A stretch of 32,300 bases of DNA from Candidatus Pacearchaeota archaeon (GTDB lineage: Archaea > Nanobdellota > Nanobdellia > Pacearchaeales > GW2011-AR1). The notes under the pieces were generated by a model that was given only the letters and a program-made list of their open reading frames with translations, had not been told where the DNA came from and did not search any database. Positions within the stretch are counted from its first letter, which is position 1. Every line of letters starts with the position of its first letter. The stretch spans positions 1 through 32,300 of the forward strand of contig JAFCDU010000012.1 of assembly GCA_017609535.1 (NCBI GenBank), in the 5' to 3' direction. Positions 28,288-32,300 of this stretch are shown here, one piece after another. A program made the translations under genes and the position numbers.

Positions 28288-29013
28288 TTAAAAAATTCCC
28301 CGCTTCCTGATTCCTGTGGCGGTTATCTCGAAGTTGAGTTCTTTTTCAGGAAGAGAGCGGTGTTTTCTTAGAATGAGTTTTCTCCTGCCTTTGTAATTTT
28401 GTAATTCTATAAGACATTTGCTCCAGTATTTTAGGAGATCCCCGCCAACCATTGAGAATTGTTTTTCTTTATCTGGAATGTTTTTAAATTCTGAATAAAC
28501 CTGATTTGTAACTATTACAGGGATATTTTGTTTTCTTGCAATTTCATTTAATGTTCTTAATTGTCTGGCGAGTTTTCTATTTACTTCTTTTATTTTTTCA
28601 TCTTCTCCTGTCTTTATTGCGTCGCCGAGTTCAAGGCGGTAGAGCATAGCGATGCTGTCTATTATAATTAGAGTTATGTCTCCTTTTTTTACATATTTTA
28701 GAAGTTTGCCAAAATCAAGTTCTTGTTCTTCAAATGAGGTTGGTTTTAATAATAAGATATTTTTTAATACATCTTCAAAAACTTCGGGGTTTTTAGATAA
28801 AAGTTGTTTTATTCTGTCAATTGAGAACCCTCCTTCTGTATCCATGTAGATTACTTTATTTCCTTTTTTTGCCTGTGAAACCGCTACAAGCAATGTGAGG
28901 TTTGTTTTTCCAGAGCCACCGGGGCCATATAAAGTTGAGATAATATCGTTTTCATATCCTCCAAAAAGGAATTTGTTTAAGTCATATGAACCTGCGGAGA
29001 TTTTGTTCCTCAT
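28288..29013 (-). CDS. radB: DNA repair/recombination protein RadB
   Basis: YGPGGSGKT, YMDTEGGFS, IIIDS, VTNQV, LRKHRS basic motif; lacks the RadA N-terminal domain. Confidence 0.92.
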   Translation of the reverse strand: MRNKISAGSYDLNKFLFGGYENDIISTLYGPGGSGKTNLTLLVAVSQAKKGNKVIYMDTEGGFSIDRIKQLLSKNPEVFEDVLKNILLLKPTSFEEQELDFGKLLKYVKKGDITLIIIDSIAMLYRLELGDAIKTGEDEKIKEVNRKLARQLRTLNEIARKQNIPVIVTNQVYSEFKNIPDKEKQFSMVGGDLLKYWSKCLIELQNYKGRRKLILRKHRSLPEKELNFEITATGIRKRGIF

Positions 29014-29051
29014 TTAATTTTATTGCTTGAGATGTATAAAAGAATTTATAT

Positions 29052-29110
29052 TGTGCTTCGCACAGATGGGCAATCTTTGATTGCTTCTTATTGTGGTGTC
29101 CTAGCGGACA
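29052..29110. other. Cluster of three tandem mini-hairpins in the rpoL-radB spacer
   Basis: TGTGC-TTC-GCACA, GCAATC-TTT-GATTGC, TGTCC-TAGC-GGACA read directly. Confidence 0.55.
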
Positions 29111-29172
29111 ATGGAATTAATTAAATCGCGGGTTTATGCTTTGTTAATAAAAATTTAGAGAAAAACTTTCTG

Positions 29173-29427
29173 TTACTTCATCTTTTTGAAATCGTCTGTA
29201 ACTTTGTCAAGTTCTTTTTCTATTGTTGATATTGCTTTTTGAAGAAGTTTTTTTGGATTATCTGCTTCAATATGCAGGACAGGCGGTTTCGAGGGGTGTT
29301 CTCGTCTCCAAGCTGCAAGTTTTGCCCCTTCTTTGTTTAGATAGACCCTAAGCAGTTCTGCAATTGTGAGGTTATCTATTTCTATGTCTAATAAATTTTT
29401 GTCTTCTTTGACTATATTTATGTTCAT
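29173..29427 (-). CDS. rpoL: RNA polymerase subunit Rpo11 (L)
   Basis: DNLTIAELLRVYL...AAWRREHPS...NPKKLLQKAI; ATG at 29427 gives 84 aa, more plausible than the 29514 start. Confidence 0.85.
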   Translation of the reverse strand: MNINIVKEDKNLLDIEIDNLTIAELLRVYLNKEGAKLAAWRREHPSKPPVLHIEADNPKKLLQKAISTIEKELDKVTDDFKKMK

Positions 29428-29644
29428 AGAATTATATGTTGAACCTATATTTAAAAGGTTTTGGTTTATTGGCTTTTGCAAAATTTCATTAAAGAAAACT
29501 TCTATTATAAGCAATTAGTTTAAAGCAATTTTTTGGTTAAAGATTTGCTTGACTTCCATATTTCCGCGCTGTTTCAACTTGCCTTTTTGATGATTCCTTA
29601 ACTTTACTAATTCTTTTATTTATAGTGGTTTCAGCAAAGCAGGT

Positions 29645-31693
29645 TTATGGTTTTAATGACTCTATTTTAGATGTTTCGTCTTTTTTTATTTTGATTACAT
29701 TATCTACAAAGCCCTCTATTTTCTGCTCGTGTGAGACGAGGATTATTTGCTCTGCTTCAAGTTGTTGGAAGATATCGCGCATTTTATCAAGCTGTTCTGC
29801 TGAGAAGCCGTCTGTTGGTTCATCTAAAATAAGAATGTCTTTTGTTTTTATTTTTGATAAAAGTGAGTTTAGAACTTGATTTAATGCCAATCTATATGCA
29901 AGGGCGACTGCGGTTCTTTCCCCTCCTGAGAGGAATTCATAATCAATTTCATAATCCTGATTTTGGATTATCGGGGTGAAATCTTCATCTAATCTGACAG
30001 ACAAACTATCTGAAACTAAAATGGAAAACCATTCATTGAAAATTTTTGAGAATTCATTTCTTAATTTTATGAGAACATTTGATTCTGTTAATGTGATTAA
30101 AGAAAGAAATTTTACTTCTAACCAGTCTTGTAATTGGCGAAGATAATTAATTTGCGAGCGGATTTTTTCTTTTTCTTTTATCTCTTTATCAAGATTTTCA
30201 AGCTGATTTTTTAAAATTTCTAATTCTCGTTTTTTCTCTGCTAAAGAAATTTCAGCCTGCCTTAATTTTGCATTAATTTGCTCAAATTCTGTTTTATGCT
30301 GTTCATAGATTTTTTCTGTTTCTTTGAATTCTTGAATTTTTTTGTTTGTTTGATTTATTTTTTCATTTAAGGAATCTATTTCATTTAAGGTTCTGTCTAA
30401 GATGAATGTGTCTGATTTTATTTTTGTTTCTATTTGTTTTTGATGTTCAAATTTTATTTTATTTGCCTCTAAAGATTGAAGGTCCTTCTCATAACCCCTA
30501 ATTAATTCTTTTTCCTTTTCTATATCTTTTATAGTCTGATTTTTTTCAAATATTTTTGGTTCGATTTCTCTTTCAATTGATTGGAGTTCATATTGAGTAT
30601 TTTTTGAAATTTTTTCTTTATACTCCTGACTGACTGGCTGAAAACAAGTTGGGCAGTTTTCTAATGAATTTATTTTTTCATTTAACTCCTGAGATTGCTC
30701 TTTTTTCATATTTAGTTTTGAAATTTGTGAGTTTATATTCAGAAATTTGGCGTTTAGTTCTTCGATGAGAGTTTTATGTTTATCGAGGAGATTTTTTGTC
30801 TGGATAATCTGTTCAGGTTCAAATTCAATTTTTTCTTTTATCTGGTTTTTGGCTTGAAGAATTTCTCGTTTTAACCTTTCCGCAAGTTCCTGTTTTCCCC
30901 TTAATTCAGTTTTATTATTTGACAATTGCAAATCTAAAAATTGTTTTTGCTTGATTTTTTCCTGGATTTCGTTGAGTTTCGCATTTATTTCATTTTTTTG
31001 TTTCTCAAAATTTGAGACCTCTATTTGAAGATTGTTTACCTGCTTGCTTAATTGAATTTTATTTTCGGTTTGTTGAACAAGTTTTTCTTTTAAGTGGTTT
31101 AATTGAGTGATTTCAGCTTCTTTTATTTTGATTGCAAGTTTTATTTTTTGAAGAAATATTTGGGAGTTTTCCTTAATTCTCTTGTATCTATCGATTCCAA
31201 AGATGTAGCGGAGGGTATCGAGACGAATTTCTGGGCGTTCCTGGATTATTGACTTCATTTCTTCCTGCGGGGTATAAACTGTGAATTTATAGAGAAGATT
31301 TGACTTTTTTACAAATTCTTTTGGGTATTTTAATAATGATATCACCCTGTTTTTCATTTCCGAGGTGGATAATTCCTCTCTGTCTCCGTCGATAGTTATT
31401 GCATTAAAGTCCTGAGTTATTGACTTTCCTCGTTTTAAACTTCGTTCCAGGATAATTGATTTTCCTTCAACTTCAAGTTCTAAATAAACAGATGCGGTAT
31501 CTTTGCCTTGCCTTAAGATAGACGCGCCTTTTTGCCCCGGTTGAAGCCCAAATAATGCGAATTGAAGAGCAAGAAGAATTGAAGTTTTGCCTGCACCGAT
31601 ATCTCCTGAAAGGAGTATTGACCCCTTTGGGAATTCTATTTCTAATTCATTGTAACTTCTTATGTTTTTGAGTTTGAGTTTTTTAAATAACAT
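29645..31693 (-). CDS. rad50: Rad50 ATPase (short coiled coil)
   Basis: Walker A GDIGAGKTS, Q-loop YTPQ, Zn hook CPTC, signature LSGGE, LDEPT, VSH. Confidence 0.93.
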   Translation of the reverse strand: MLFKKLKLKNIRSYNELEIEFPKGSILLSGDIGAGKTSILLALQFALFGLQPGQKGASILRQGKDTASVYLELEVEGKSIILERSLKRGKSITQDFNAITIDGDREELSTSEMKNRVISLLKYPKEFVKKSNLLYKFTVYTPQEEMKSIIQERPEIRLDTLRYIFGIDRYKRIKENSQIFLQKIKLAIKIKEAEITQLNHLKEKLVQQTENKIQLSKQVNNLQIEVSNFEKQKNEINAKLNEIQEKIKQKQFLDLQLSNNKTELRGKQELAERLKREILQAKNQIKEKIEFEPEQIIQTKNLLDKHKTLIEELNAKFLNINSQISKLNMKKEQSQELNEKINSLENCPTCFQPVSQEYKEKISKNTQYELQSIEREIEPKIFEKNQTIKDIEKEKELIRGYEKDLQSLEANKIKFEHQKQIETKIKSDTFILDRTLNEIDSLNEKINQTNKKIQEFKETEKIYEQHKTEFEQINAKLRQAEISLAEKKRELEILKNQLENLDKEIKEKEKIRSQINYLRQLQDWLEVKFLSLITLTESNVLIKLRNEFSKIFNEWFSILVSDSLSVRLDEDFTPIIQNQDYEIDYEFLSGGERTAVALAYRLALNQVLNSLLSKIKTKDILILDEPTDGFSAEQLDKMRDIFQQLEAEQIILVSHEQKIEGFVDNVIKIKKDETSKIESLKP

Positions 31694-32300
31694 CAGATAA
31701 ATTGAGCAGTTTATTTAGTTCATCCATTAATCTCGATTCAAAGGTTTGGGATTTTTCATCTTCATTTTTCTCTATTGAAAGGATGTTCATTAGTTGAGGC
31801 AGGAATTTATTGAAATCTTCTGGATTTTTTTCTATATATTCCTGAATAATTTTTTCTTCAACATTTTCTACGTCGTGAGCATCAATTTGAATTTCTGCTT
31901 CTTTGATTTTTAATGCAGAGATATTTCTTAAAAAAGAGAAGGCGGCTTTTTTGTTAAGGACAAAATCTTCTATTTCATTGAATCTAATGTCTCCGGATTT
32001 TCCCTGTGTTAATGTTCCTGTCAATTTTAGAAGGACTATTTTATCCTTGAGATTCGATTTGTCCAACTGATTAATTATATTTTCAGTTGCTGTTAGTGCA
32101 TTTGTTATTTCTATTTTAAATAAAAGAACTTCTTTTAATGGAAGTGTGATGCTTTTGGTTTTAATTTTTCCAGATTCTATCTCTACAAGATGAAAACTGC
32201 CATATTTTAAGTCTATGAGTTCCTGGAAATTATTTGGAAAAGTTGGACCTGGATAAACATAGATTGCATTTGCCTCTCTTATTTCAAATCTTTGGTGGAT
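31683..32300 (-). CDS. mre11: Mre11 nuclease, C-terminal part (5' end outside window)
   Basis: Frame is open to the window edge: IHQRF...YVYPGPTFPNNFQEL...IVLLKLTGTL; overlaps the rad50 start. Confidence 0.85.
   Translation of the reverse strand: MHQRFEIREANAIYVYPGPTFPNNFQELIDLKYGSFHLVEIESGKIKTKSITLPLKEVLLFKIEITNALTATENIINQLDKSNLKDKIVLLKLTGTLTQGKSGDIRFNEIEDFVLNKKAAFSFLRNISALKIKEAEIQIDAHDVENVEEKIIQEYIEKNPEDFNKFLPQLMNILSIEKNEDEKSQTFESRLMDELNKLLNLSDVI

Noticed and set aside
29428..29514. N-terminal extension of Rpo11 in the ORF track
   Set aside because: It spans the likely promoter (TTTAAATA about 25 nt upstream of ATG 29427); the normal subunit length fits the later start.
1036..29879. Numerous short ORFs antisense to or overlapping the housekeeping genes in the ORF track
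   Set aside because: They are shadows of well-supported genes, with F/S/L-rich antisense composition and no motifs.

Overview
AT-rich archaeal chromosome segment. Gene content and the short, reduced protein variants point to a DPANN archaeon, most likely Pace-/Woesearchaeota-like (inference). Most of the window is housekeeping: GluRS, a bacterial-type ThrRS without editing domain, ValRS, Cbf5, MCM, RPA, aRF1, ScpB, TopA, RadB, Rpo11, Rad50 and a partial Mre11. Two accessory insertions stand out. (1) A 2,353-bp transposon at 3509-5861 has 14-bp terminal inverted repeats, a perfect 9-bp target-site duplication, a decayed IS6/IS1-like transposase and two intact passenger genes. It splits a co-oriented cluster of uncharacterised genes (499-aa protein, acidic protein, TIM-barrel protein, MNT-HEPN fusion). 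(2) A non-coding architecture at about 23420-24240 wraps one promoter-bearing membrane-protein gene in nested inverted repeats and two attC-like, hairpin-rich sites. The sites share a 17-bp direct-repeat core and appear to have swapped arms, suggesting an integron-like ssDNA gene-cassette system with no recombinase in the window. Several eroded gene remnants and a small triple-hairpin element are also present. All family assignments come from motif recognition by eye; no searches were run.
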